64,000 nucleotides of DNA from Calcarisporiella thermophila CBS 279.70 (taxonomy: Eukaryota > Fungi > Calcarisporiellomycota): contig NW_027192191.1 of assembly GCF_041956535.1 (NCBI RefSeq), positions 1,629,688 through 1,693,687 of the forward strand. Reading direction: 5' to 3'. The notes under the pieces are model-generated. The model worked only from the letters and a program-made list of their open reading frames with translations. It was not told where the DNA came from and ran no database searches. The translations under genes were made by a program, and so were the position numbers. Every line of letters begins with the position of its first letter. Position 1 is the first letter of the stretch. Shown one piece after another: positions 52,364 through 64,000 of the stretch.

Positions 52364-54376
52364 ATGCCTCCTCCCAAGTTGAGCAGGTGCGATTACACGA
52401 AGCCTAAACTAACTCGCGTTTTTCAAGCATGTCAAGAATGCCACAGAAAAAAAAAGAAGTGCGATGGGAGCCCCGAAGGGTGTTTACCCTGCAAAATGCT
52501 CGGCATCGAGTGCAAGTACGGGTTTAGAAAGAGTCGAATTGGACGCCGCCCTAATCAGCACAAGCTCCAATACGAGCAGGTCATATTTGATATCAGTAAT
52601 TCGATGAGAATCCACAAGATGTATAGTAGGATGTTGCAGCCTTTAATTTTAAAATTCGATCAAATGTTCCTTGCGCCTCTTGTAAGTTTTCAATTTTTCT
52701 TTCTTTGTCATTACCCACGTGAAGAACCAACCCCCACACTTCAATGATAGTGCGAGCCCGTGTCTCCTTCACACCCCATTTCATTATGGCAGAGAAATTG
52801 GGCACAGAGCTTACCGAGTACCTGGTCACACGGTCACAGCATTATTACCAACGACATGCTCAGTATTATCATTCATGAGATGAGCTCATTAAACATGGGT
52901 GAAAATGTTGCGAAAGTTTTTCCTCGCATTGCTAACATCGAAAAGTGGGGAATCGAGACTCAATCCAAGAAACTCTCTCGCGTAGATCCACTCAAGCTGA
53001 TCACATTTCAACACGCAAGAAACCTGATCGATATATGGTTCAAGATATATGCTTTTCCCGGTGTCCTTAGCCGCGCCATGATGATTCAAAATTTTATTGA
53101 ACATCGAATTGATCGCTTCCTATATTCCGTTGTGTTTGGATACGTACTGAGCAAGCAAATCTCGGTCGCTGTGGGGGCAGTGTTCATCGAATTTGCTATG
53201 GAATTGCTTGAGCATGAGATGTATGAGGCCTCACTCACAAAATTACAGGGTATTTTTATCTTGAGCGGTTATCTTGCCACCATCGGAGAGCCGAAAAAAA
53301 GCATGTCCTTATTGGCAATAGCATGGAAGATGGCAAAAGAACTGGACACTCATGAGAAGACAAATGAGTTACCCAAGAGAATCTCAAATGCTGTTGAGAA
53401 AGAGTTGCTCCTGAATCTCATATGGGCCATTCGCATTGTTTACACTTGGTTATATATGCAATGCGGGTCTAAGATTGACAGTGAAATCGTCAAGCTAAAA
53501 TTGAAGTTGCCCCCTAAGAGCCCAGATGAATCGGCGATATATACATTCGAGCAAAAACACGATTATTCCACCTCTCCCCGCGAGCATTCAGAAATCATCC
53601 GCACATTCTTCAACTGCGCCTATCTGACTCTTACTTTTATAGAGTTATGGTTGCAAATTGCCCCGTCTTCGCGGGGACTCTCGTTAGTGGATCCAATGCG
53701 GACCAACAGCGAGGATTACGAGATCTCTTCACAAGGGGAGACATTATCAGCAAAATTGGCCAGAAGGATAATGGAACTTCCTGCCAATCTCGATACGGAA
53801 AATACAGTAGAGATTCTTATTTGCCTCAACGTACTTATTATTCATTCCAATTTTCAGAAATTGGATGCTAATCCATTGCTCTATCTCGAGGAAAGGAATA
53901 TTGGAGAGTGTAAAATGTCGGCGGACGCGATCCTAAATACTGCCGATATCATTCTCCATTCTTCCCATAGTCCGACATTGGATCCAATTGTTGCTTTTGG
54001 ACTGAACTCGTGCGCTTGTGTTTACCTAATATTAACTGAAGTGGATGTCCCAGAATTCCGTGATTCGGCTCTACTTTATTTGCGCAGAGTCTTAACATTG
54101 TTAAGCAGCTTGCATACTGTATGTCATGATCAAAATCTTTTGCAAGTAATAGCCGACAAATTAATGCAGGCAGAGCAAGGCCCGATTAGCCTAGCTAACA
54201 CAGCGAACGTGCAAGGGGAATCAGCCCAGTTGACCTTAATGTCTCTTCAAGTCCCTCAGCTGAGTCTAGCCCCCATTGCCAATGTTAAAATGTGCAAGAT
54301 GCTGTCCCCCAAACCGACCATGGTCGCAATCATGGATCATGGGTCGAAATTTTCCTCGTCAATCCAGCAACATTAG
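52364..54376 (+). CDS. Zn(II)2Cys6 transcription factor
   Basis: ACQECHRKKKKCDGSPEGCLPCKMLGIECKY; phase-0 intron 52682-52750 joins it to the long second exon (fungal TF middle-homology-like region). Confidence 0.9.
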
Positions 54377-55733
54377 GTTCCTTATTCTTCAACAACCTCG
54401 GCATATTTGTAATACAAACCAACTTATAATGTGAGTTCTCGCTGTCCAACACCTACTTCAATTTGCATAGTTAGTTATAATAACAATCAGCTATGATATC
54501 TTCGACATCCTATAGAAGCTATTCTCTCGAACGTCGTGACCAATCGTTTTTCCCCCGATTACTCTAATGGAATTCAACCTTTGCAGATTCATTTTTCTCA
54601 CTCAAGTTGTCTTGACCCCATCAATAATGAGCGTTTAACTTATCTGAGCGGAGCTATTTATCAATCAAACATGATCGACGCTCTACTTATCCAGTTAACA
54701 CGGAATATTCGAATCTGTCATCGTCTTGATTGCTAGGCGTGAATATAAAAGGTGGATTTCTACTATATACTGGAGTAGAGTGGATAGAAGATGAGTCAAT
54801 AAACTTGAGCTTTCATCGAGGATATATTGTATAATTTTTGTACATTTATTTGTGAATTAAATTCAAAGTAATATGTGATTTCGTTTTTTGTATTTTATAT
54901 AAATATGTACAATCCACTTTCTTAGATATGTTTTGTGTTATCAAGACGTTTTGAGAAAGCGTGGCAGTACACGCGAAAATTGATAGAGGGCGATAACTAA
55001 AAGTGATTTAGACTAACAAGAGCTAGGGTAGCAAGAATGAAATGGGACACAGCTCCAAAGCAATCCTTACATTTCCTTTTCCGTCCTCTTGTTCATCCCT
55101 TCCGTGTAAGGAGCTAGAACATTATTACTTTTGATTTTTTAAACCTATTTGTTTATCCATATGGCTTTGAATATGGAAGGAGGTCTATTTCCGAATAATG
55201 GAGCCTTCTTACTAATTATTTTAGTAGATAAAAACTATTGTTAGATTGCATATATATCAACATTTGGATGAATACTAAGATATATCAAAAATATATTGCA
55301 GAAGCCTTTCAATCAGAATATGCTAAGGAGCGGATCTACTCGTAAACATTGGCAACTTCCATGAAATCAACCTACTACAGCTGAATTTATTAAAATGCAG
55401 TTTCAATAAATTATATATTTTATTCACCTGAACGTTCTCTCATTTTATCTTAACAAAATATACAGCATAATTCCTTAACAATATGGCCCAAAATTCACTT
55501 GATGATCTTGCAAATACAACAAATGAAAAGACCAATATCCAAAACTGACTTGGAGCGAAATACAAAATAAATTATATTTTACGATGTATTGATAGCAAAT
55601 TAGTAAATAGATCTATGATAAGAGTTAAATAAAATAAATTACATTAAGAAATAGACGGCGCATCATATCCGTGCCATAAAGGTGGAAACAGTTAGATTCT
55701 GGTCGATATAAGTGCTTTCGTTAAAATACATCG

Positions 55734-56630
55734 TTATTTCAAGTGATTGGACACATTTTCAGCCAAGATCCGAGAAAACTTCGAAGTAAAATGAAATGAA
55801 TCCCAGAAAAGGTGTTGGTCAGGATTGGCACACACCACAGTGCCATTCAAGCAGGGCTTTTCTATTTCGGTAAATCCATGTTTAGCAGGCTTGGAGAATA
55901 TTTCAGACACTAGTTCGTATGTGTTGTGTAAATTGACCTTCACCGCTTTGTGACAATTCTTCGATTCAAACTCATGTATGTTCGCACTTAAGTTGCCGTT
56001 ATGCCACAAAGCGATTTGTTCAAATAGCTGACGCTCTTTAGGTTTGTCAAGAAAGTATGGAAGCCTGCCTAAGGGGGGTTGCTCTAAGATTAGAAATCGG
56101 TTTGCACCAAAGAGATCTACGAGTGTCTGCATATTTTCGACAATATTGCCGGTTACTATTGACGCACTGATGCTATTATTAAAATAATAGTCGTTGCCAC
56201 CCCCCCAAATGGTGTAAATTGTGGTGTCAGTTGGAAAGGATGTTGGCCGGTTCTTAAACGTTGAAGCAAATTCCTCAATCTGTTGGTTAATGGAAGGCAC
56301 AGGGATATCCGAGTTCGCTCCTGAATACCCTTTGGTATCGGCGCTATTTGTTGTGGCTGCACCATATGCATAATCCAGGAGCGAAGCATATACAAACTTT
56401 TTAGCCGTCATTTCCTCCACCCAAATCGGACCATTGGAGAAACGTCCTTTGTAGTAGGGGGGCGATGGTGGCCATTGTTTGGAACTCAATTTTGAATAAA
56501 CATTTCCTGTGTCGGTCCAAGAATCCCCGAAGGCTATGACTTGTCTGATTGAGTGATTGTCCTTATATGCGGCTGCCGCAGCGATGGCAATTATGGCAAA
56601 CAGGGAGTGGTAATAAAGGGGCTTCATCAT
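55734..56630 (-). CDS. Secreted GDSL/SGNH lipase-esterase, intronless
   Basis: Signal peptide, block I AFGDSWTDTGN, GRFSNGPIWVE, YAYGAA, block III WGGGNDY and block V FWDSFH. Confidence 0.93.
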   Translation of the reverse strand: MMKPLYYHSLFAIIAIAAAAAYKDNHSIRQVIAFGDSWTDTGNVYSKLSSKQWPPSPPYYKGRFSNGPIWVEEMTAKKFVYASLLDYAYGAATTNSADTKGYSGANSDIPVPSINQQIEEFASTFKNRPTSFPTDTTIYTIWGGGNDYYFNNSISASIVTGNIVENMQTLVDLFGANRFLILEQPPLGRLPYFLDKPKERQLFEQIALWHNGNLSANIHEFESKNCHKAVKVNLHNTYELVSEIFSKPAKHGFTEIEKPCLNGTVVCANPDQHLFWDSFHFTSKFSRILAENVSNHLK

Positions 56631-57451
56631 GACAATGATCGGGATTATGAATCTAGAAAAAAAGTTGAAGATAAAGATTGTTCTCAGATTGGCCAATGCT
56701 GAGGAATGGTGGCGTTAATGTAACGAGTATTGTTATGCAGCACTGAGTTAGCTGCAGAAGAGGGCAAGTACTGAGGATTGTTAATGATAGATTCAGGAGC
56801 ATTTTCATTTATATTCGTAAAATAGGGCTAATTAACAAGAATCGGAAATAATGTAATCACGGGGTAGGCACAATGAAATTGCTAATGATCTGTGGCAAAA
56901 CTCGGCCAAATTGCCTGACAGTAAAAACTCATGCAATGCTAGATATCTTTTAGTAGTCAACCATAAATGTAAGCAACCATATCCTCTAGGTTTAGTTTTA
57001 ACGAGAATGATTAAAATATCATAAGAAAGGACCTTCAAACTACAAACGTGAATAAAGGTTTCACAACGGTTATTTTTTTCATCAATAAATTTTTAGCCGA
57101 AATAATGTGTTTTGCCTTCGGATATATTTTTCATTTTTTAGCGATCTCTCCATCAGCAATATTAAATGTCTTTAAACCCAATGTCATGCCGATTCTTATT
57201 CTAATACGTTTCAAAAATCCCCTCCCTGCACAAATCAATTGACCCATACAGCATACCGAAATACTTCAAATAGGCAAAATCAGCCACATTTAGATAGATT
57301 TTCCACGGTGATTCAAAAGTTTCAAGCAAACTTAATTTGCCACATTGCTTCCTATAAAATGCTCGGAAGAAAAGTCATTTTCTTCACTGCAACGCTCCTT
57401 TAGTTCATATTAGATCAAACACGTATTAATAACTATTAACATCTATCTCCC

Positions 57452-57697
57452 ATGAATATTTTAAGTCTTTTGCTGCTATTGTCAATTTTGAGTTGCATTC
57501 ATGCTCGAATGATTGGATGCTTTTGCAATAACAACAAAATATCAAACTATTTACTGATGGAACTGGCTATTACGGATTGCTGCTTTAGACTGCGTGGAAT
57601 TCCAACATTAAGTAACTGTTTAATTGACGAGGGTACTATGAGTAGCTTCAATGCCTGTTGCAGCAAGTACAATGGTGCGCAGATCCAATGTATGTAA
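57452..57697 (+). CDS. Small secreted 8-Cys peptide (KP6-like cysteine spacing)
   Basis: Signal peptide ending IHA; mature pattern CxC-x17-CC-x11-C-x12-CC-x9-C; TATAAAA at about 57353. Confidence 0.78.
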   Translation: MNILSLLLLLSILSCIHARMIGCFCNNNKISNYLLMELAITDCCFRLRGIPTLSNCLIDEGTMSSFNACCSKYNGAQIQCM

Positions 57698-58757
57698 TAT
57701 TGGATTTCTTTTGGACATTTTAATATGTAATAAAACACTTCTTATCCACTGTATTAATAAAATATCTAGTATATTTATCACGTTAACTAACATTTTATAT
57801 TATTGTATTGTAAAACAAGCCAAGTACAATTCACTTATTCTTAAGTTTCAGAAAAGATTAACCTCTTTGAAGCATTTTTGTTTCGTTAGTAGTCATCATA
57901 AGATGAGGTTTATCTGAACATTTTTCTTATCCCGCGTTTATAACTGCTTAGGAGAGGCTGAATAGAAGAGTCAAAACATACTATTAAAGATTATACTAAA
58001 AAAGATGTATATATATGTGGAGCCGGATGTTTTAAGATTAATTTGATAGAAATAGATACCATTTCAAACTACCATTTTCTCTCAATGACGTGAAAGTAAT
58101 TGATGATTTTCTGAGAGCTCCACAAACAAAAAATAAAATGCAAATCACTATTTATAAGCTACAGGCTCTGAGAATGCGGCTCATGAGCTTTTCAATAGTG
58201 TGTATCTCAATTTCTATATGACTCGAAGATCAAGATATATTTCCTTAAACCACTTACAGAAGTGGAAATATGAGGAAATAATTGGGTATATAACCCAGTA
58301 CTAATGATCATTCTGTCGAAGATGTAAATATGACATGTCCGGGAAGGGCAGTTAAGAGTTTCGTGCATCCTATGTGATAATTAAATATATTAATTTAATT
58401 CCTCTGCTATCCGTTTACAACTCAAATACAGGTATTATCGTTTCAGTTGGTTTCGACGAGTATATGGACTTCCTCCTAATCTAAGAGCTGCCAGTTGATA
58501 ACTTTTTGGCCATAAATAGCTCCTAAACGGACCAGCGATTGGTAACCGGCTCTGGGCATTAAGAATATGTAAAAGCTGAAAAAAAAATTGTAGGGGTATA
58601 TTTTCGACTTTAAACAATAAGTACCACGGAGTAATTTATTTTCCAGGGTTGTGAAATAATGACGTGTGCCCTTATCTCCAAAAAAGCTCCAACCATTAGA
58701 ACGCTTCTTTCTAACCTAAATCATCTACCATTTGTACTTTTTGGAAGCATTATAACT

Positions 58758-59504
58758 ATGACTCTTGCAGGGAAGATAGCTATTATAACAGGTAGTTCTC
58801 GCGGACTTGGTAAGGCGATTGCACTCCGTTTCGCACGTGAGGGAGCTGCTGGAGTAATTGTCAACTATCTATCCAATGGCAAAGGTGCAGAAAATACAGT
58901 TGCTGAGATAAATAAGCTCGGCGGCAAAGGACTAGCAGTTCAAGCGGATGTTGGAAAGATATCGGATTTAAAGCGGCTGGTAGATGAGACGGTCAAGCAG
59001 TTTGGTCGAATAGACATTCTTGTTAACAACGCTGGAATTGGGAGGCCCAATGAGCTTAGCAACATTACTGAACAAGAATTTGACCAGCTCTTCCAGACCA
59101 ACGTCAAAGGCCCAGTATTTCTGACCAAGTATGCTGCACCTCATATTCCAACAGGGGGTAGAGTGATATTTATTAGTTCCGTGTTGACGGTGGTGAATCA
59201 ACCTGTCTTGGGCTTTCTTCTTTACACAGCCACTAAGGGTGCTATTGAACAGATTACACGCATTCTATCCAAAGATTTGGGACGTAAAGGAATTACTGTT
59301 AATGCTGTACGCCCTGGGGCTATACTAACAGATATGAATGCCAGTCTCCCTCAAGAGAGCATTGCCATATTAATAGAAAGCTCGCCATTCAACAGAATGG
59401 GTGAACCAGAAGATATTGCTGATGTAGTCTATCTAGTTGCATCAAGCGACTCGAGATGGATATCAGGTCAGATGTTAACATGCGATGGTGCGATTGCCGT
59501 GTAA
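58758..59504 (+). CDS. Classical short-chain dehydrogenase/reductase, intronless
   Basis: TGSSRGLG, DILVNNAG, YTATK catalytic motif, ITVNAVRPG and RMGEPEDIA...WISGQ. Confidence 0.95.
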   Translation: MTLAGKIAIITGSSRGLGKAIALRFAREGAAGVIVNYLSNGKGAENTVAEINKLGGKGLAVQADVGKISDLKRLVDETVKQFGRIDILVNNAGIGRPNELSNITEQEFDQLFQTNVKGPVFLTKYAAPHIPTGGRVIFISSVLTVVNQPVLGFLLYTATKGAIEQITRILSKDLGRKGITVNAVRPGAILTDMNASLPQESIAILIESSPFNRMGEPEDIADVVYLVASSDSRWISGQMLTCDGAIAV

Positions 59505-59694
59505 AGCTACAACACTTTGCATTTGTAAAAAAAAAAACATCCTTAGCGGCTCAATGACAGTAAAAATTCGAATGCTTATTAAATCCATGAAAAAGGCGAG
59601 AAGTAATAAATCAGCAGAAATGAATATTACATTGAGAACCCTCCCGAAGTAAAACAATGGTGCAGGCATGATTAAGCACATGAACACGAAGCAT

Positions 59695-60102
59695 GAAAAA
59701 GAAAGTGGCCATCAAACGAGAGAAGAGATCAAAGCTTGGGCGGGTAAGACCGGCTGGGTTAAGGGGGAGGCCACCTAGATACGCCGCAACCACCCGTGCA
59801 ATGTTGGCCCGCCGAGGGTGATTGGGCTCAGCCGCGAAAACGGTTCTGTTGCAGCCACGGTCGAGGCCAATCCTCGGACCGGCAATCCATGGGCGGCGAA
59901 AAGTTCCGGGAGAGGAGCAGAGCGGAGTGGGAATCCACGCATTAAACTTTTGTTGGCCGAGAGGAGAAGTAGTGGACCTCAACCCAGGATTGGGTGGAGG
60001 ATACCCGATATGCACATATTGGAAAATGAGCCTATCAGGACCGGGTTTTTGCTAGCGACGGGGAAACCGCCGCCCTCCCTCCCTCGCTTTTTCCCCTCTC
60101 CC
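59695..60102 (-). ncRNA. Candidate structured non-coding RNA of unidentified class
   Basis: GC-rich island in AT-rich DNA with several hairpins and a 13-bp terminal helix closing the 5' and 3' ends. G-U pairs work only on the minus strand, and the element ends in a U-tract. Confidence 0.4.
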
Positions 60103-62245
60103 TAAATCGGCTCTTTTAGATCCATAGGATGTTAATATTCAAGGTTGTTCTGCAAGCCTCATCTTCATCCTGCCATGCTAGAGCATGAGCGGGTACCTAT
60201 TCTAAGTCTCGGCAGCAATGCTAATGTGCCATGCTGGTGGATTTAGAGAAGGCTAACTAGTCAAGTGCGGAGCCGGAAAATCAAAGCTTACGCCCGTTTC
60301 TATTCCCCTAGCAATTACCAGCTGGAATTAGGGATAAATCTGCTGTATTTCTGGGGAATAGGGAAAGATATTTTACCGGCTTTTACACCGTTTATAAGCA
60401 TACCCCTATCATGAATATTGGATTCTCGTGCAATGCCAAGTTAGGTAAACATTAATGAGCGGTCGATAGTTTATTCCCATTAAACGAATGAATTAATAGG
60501 ATATAATAATAACTTGGTAGAATGGGCATTATTTCTGGATTTACTCTATTAAATTTTCTGGGGCTAATTTCCTCATCTTTCCAATGACTTCACTCAACCC
60601 AATCACGGTTGAGACCCGAACCTTTGCGATTCACATGTCTCTAATCTCCCAATTCATATACTGCACTAAACCAACTATTTCATACCGACATATCGGGCAC
60701 AGCATCTAGTACCTACTTTGCTGCTGGGTGCGATAGTGGGTCAGACCGCCCATTCTGGGAACTATTCTATGGGATTCACTACCCCTTTTCAGAAGGCCGG
60801 TGCAAATAACGGTACAATATATTCTCTTTGTGAAAAACTATTCAGGCCAAAAACAACAATTTGGCTGAGCTTCACGTCAATATACAGTACTGAGAATAGA
60901 GTATGCAAAATACAATCTATTAAATCCTATTTGATAGTTAACTAATTCTCAGTACTATTTTTTTTTTAACAAAAAGTCTAATGTTTTATATTTTCTGTGA
61001 TTAATTTCGCACTTGCGAATGCTTAGTCTTCTTTGGAATGGCTCTGTCTTATTTGCTCTATTCAAACCAAATATCGATCTAAATAGTCGGTGGCTTTTTG
61101 GAAATCGGTTTCGAATCGTATATAAAAACTTCTAGGGTATAACCTGAACTACTATTGGATGCAGTGACAGACTGGTGAGTATGTCCACCATGATCACAAA
61201 GGTTGCCGCCTCTCGTGTCATTAAGGTACTACCGGTGCATTAGAATCATGGTCATAAATAATCATATTGTTATTATGATAAGAATGATGCACATCAGTTG
61301 TCATGTATTCAATTGAAACACTTGTAAATAAAAATGGCCTGTTTTAACACGAGTGAAATAAAAAATTATTATAACACTGAATAATTATATCGGCTTTACA
61401 GTCGGATAATTAACTGGTAGTAAAGCATGCCAAGTTTTTAGAAAAGAAGTGAGCACCCGTGTTGTATCTGTTGGAAAAAGTGTTTATTGAAATGGATCCT
61501 ATTATTACACGGCAGATTGGGATAATAAGTCAGGCTCAGTGTATCAAGATCAAAATAAAGACTTGTCAAGGCAGAGTAATGCCATCATGATACACAGTTT
61601 AAAATAAAAGACAGGATTTAAATTTTGAAACTACTTAAGAGAGAGGTATGATATACTAGGGTGAAGCTTGACGTGAATAGAATGTTTCGAATAAATATAC
61701 TTTTTAGACATAAAAAGGTTCTAAGGTATTTTATTTTACAAATCAATACAAGTGTAAGCGGTTAATTTCTACGGGATATTAAGTAAAGGAATCTCCAGGT
61801 AACGAAAACATTAGTTTGACTTGAGTAGAAGCCAATCAAGTTTAGCCAAGCTACTCTTACGTTATGGTAGTGTGCCTGGTTCAAACCGAATATTTGCTTA
61901 TGTGCTTTAATGGATTCAGAAGTCTCCCTCTTTATGGGTGTATGTTTTAGTTTCTAGTATATATTAGGCAAATTTTCCTTCTCCACTAATGCTTGGAAAC
62001 CAGTTAAACGTGGAATAGTTTTAGTTGCCAGATTACTTGATACAAACTTCCCACGAAAAAATTCGTTTCAGGAGGTATTTTCGTGCCCTAATCAATTTGC
62101 AGTTTCATTTGCCGTAAAGGTCGAAATTTTTATATAAGGGGTCTGATACTTTCGTCCCTCCACCTATTCCCAGGAATATATTCATATATAATTTATTTAC
62201 TCATTCATATATCTTATTAAATTTAACATCATTGTCAAAATAGAT

Positions 62246-63510
62246 ATGAAACCAAACACTTCCATTTTCCGTGGGATTTTCATCCTATGCATTCTCTCCA
62301 GTTTCTTTTCGTGGACTCATTTCTTTCAACTAATTTCTTTCGTCAATGCTGACTGTGCTAACCCAACTGTACGCAAGGAAATCCGTCAGTTTACCGATCA
62401 AGAACGCATCGAGTTTATTGATGCCGTAAAGCAGTTGAATCAAGGGGTACGACCAAGTCGATATGACTTATTAAGCAGGTTGCATCAGGAGGCCCGAGAG
62501 CAAGCGCATAATCAACCACAATTTCTGCCGTGGCATCGAGCGTTCCTTCGCGAATTCGAAAAGGCGTTACAAAGTGTTAACCCGAATGTTGTGTTTCCCT
62601 ACTGGGTAAGTGATTGTTACTTAAAGAGGGACTTAGGGGCGACGAAATTGATCCCTTTCCAAAAATAGAATTGGAGTGTAGATCATCTTAACCCCGTCTC
62701 GAGTCCCGTATTCTCGGGTGATTGGTGCGGTGGCAGTGGTAGCTGCGTTAGCACTGGCCCTTTTGCAAACTGGCAAGTTACCTACAAGGACTACTACTCG
62801 GTCGCCCCCCATTGTCTCCAGCGCAATCTTGTCAATCTCAAAGGCAATGTGGTTGACCCGGTGACGATCCAACACATCATCTTCAGTAACAACGGATTCG
62901 AAGAATTTCGCCGGGCGATTGAAGGCCATCCCCATGCGGGTATTCACATCGGAGTTGGTGGCGATTTAAACACATTGGCGAGCCCAAATGAGTAAGTAAA
63001 GGCTGCTCAAGTAATTGATTCGAGTCTCTTGAGCTAATGCTCTGTTATTTTCTTAGTCCTCTATTTTATATGCATCATGCATTTGTGGATAAAATCTGGG
63101 CCGATTGGCAAAAACGTGACCCTCAATTCGTTTATCAATACGGAGGAACCAATAAGGACGGAAGTCAAGCAGCCCTCACCGATTATATTCAGCCATTTGG
63201 TGTTTCGGTAGAGTCAGTTATGTCTACTACCAGTGATAGCATGTGCTACGTGTACAGTGATTACCCAGAGGTCACCATGACATCCAAAGGCATCGACGAG
63301 GATGGTAGTGAAAGTAAATCTAAGCCACCTACACCATCTTCATCCATTCTTCCAACTCTCAAAAGACTTCCCGACTCGTGGATTGAGATGACGGGAGGAG
63401 ACGTTGTCAAAGCTCGGGCAGAAGAAAATCGCCTATTTAAATTCATTGAACAGTTCAACAGGAACGTTACATCGAATAAGCCCCTTAATGTTGCCGCCAA
63501 AGTTCATTAA
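62246..63510 (+). CDS. Secreted tyrosinase (type-3 dicopper); 3 exons
   Basis: Signal/TM N-terminus, VRKEIR, H...AHNQPQFLPWHR (CuA), PYW|NWS, EGHPHAGIH...SPN|DPLFYMHHAFVDKIW (CuB). Confidence 0.95.
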
Positions 63511-64000
63511 TTTACTTTTTAATTAATATATCCTTATAACAGTATACTTTAATTTCTAATAAATGCTAAAGATATCTTGGTTTATTGTTGAAACCCCAAT
63601 GCTCCTCTGAGGTTCCTCGAAATAAATTTGTATGGCTGACTCAATATTCAAAAATGCGTCAAAAATTTTATCAAACAGCTATACAATAAATTATCATTAT
63701 ATAGAAATAGGAACTAGTTTAAAAAAATTCAATAAATAAAGTCGTTTTTGCTTTAGCGCCACTCGAATGTTAAGGCAAATTATTCACAGCCATCTTGTTA
63801 AAGATGTTTCACATTATAGAGCACCTTTTCAGGGGGACTGATTGAATTGATGGTTAAGCTTATTGGAATTCAGTGAAAAGATGCCACTGTCGCCCTGGTA
63901 GTTGACAAGATACAAAGAACATTAACGAGGTACGATGACAATGGAAACTTGAACAGTATTTTATCTGACATGTATGGTTGCTCGGAGTTGTTTGATTATT

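Noticed and set aside
59750-59850. Telomerase-RNA-like words (TTAACCC on the minus strand; TTGGGCTC resembling P6.1 on the plus strand)
   Set aside because: There is no proper CTAACCCT template in the expected 5' position, and the two words lie on opposite strands.
59611-60105. ORFs of 134, 95 and 77 aa over the GC-rich element
   Set aside because: No recognisable domains, and they overlap on both strands; expected by chance in GC-rich sequence.

Overview
Eukaryotic, intron-containing fungal genomic DNA (GT-AG introns with CTAAY-type branch points). The gene set and sequence style suggest an early-diverging fungus (Zoopagomycota/Mucoromycota-like; this is an inference). Four zones are visible. 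(1) 1-12.6 kb: dense housekeeping genes (mitofusin fzo1, a kinesin-4-type motor that ends in a transmembrane helix, an AVT2-like transporter, Hua1-like, an animal-like APC15 and an ankyrin protein). (2) About 12.8-18.5 kb: an AT-rich island of transposon debris (CACTA-type transposase relic, Tc1/mariner-like MITE). It contains a bacterial-type VapD/Cas2-like ribonuclease gene split by one in-frame TGA. (3) 19.6-41.2 kb: a secreted orphan, a two-domain ceruloplasmin-like multicopper oxidase, complex I 75-kDa subunit, ArfGAP, LIP2, MFS, DUF1647-like, HDDC2, SPT8, tRNA-Pro(AGG), sulfatase and PRO3. (4) 42-64 kb: a gene-sparse, secretome-rich block (fungalysin, two tandem class-3 lipases, Zn2Cys6 TF, GDSL esterase, KP6-like Cys-rich peptide, SDR, tyrosinase) plus an unannotated ~390-nt GC-rich element that folds like a structured ncRNA on the minus strand. 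All identifications come from motif recognition by eye; no searches were run.
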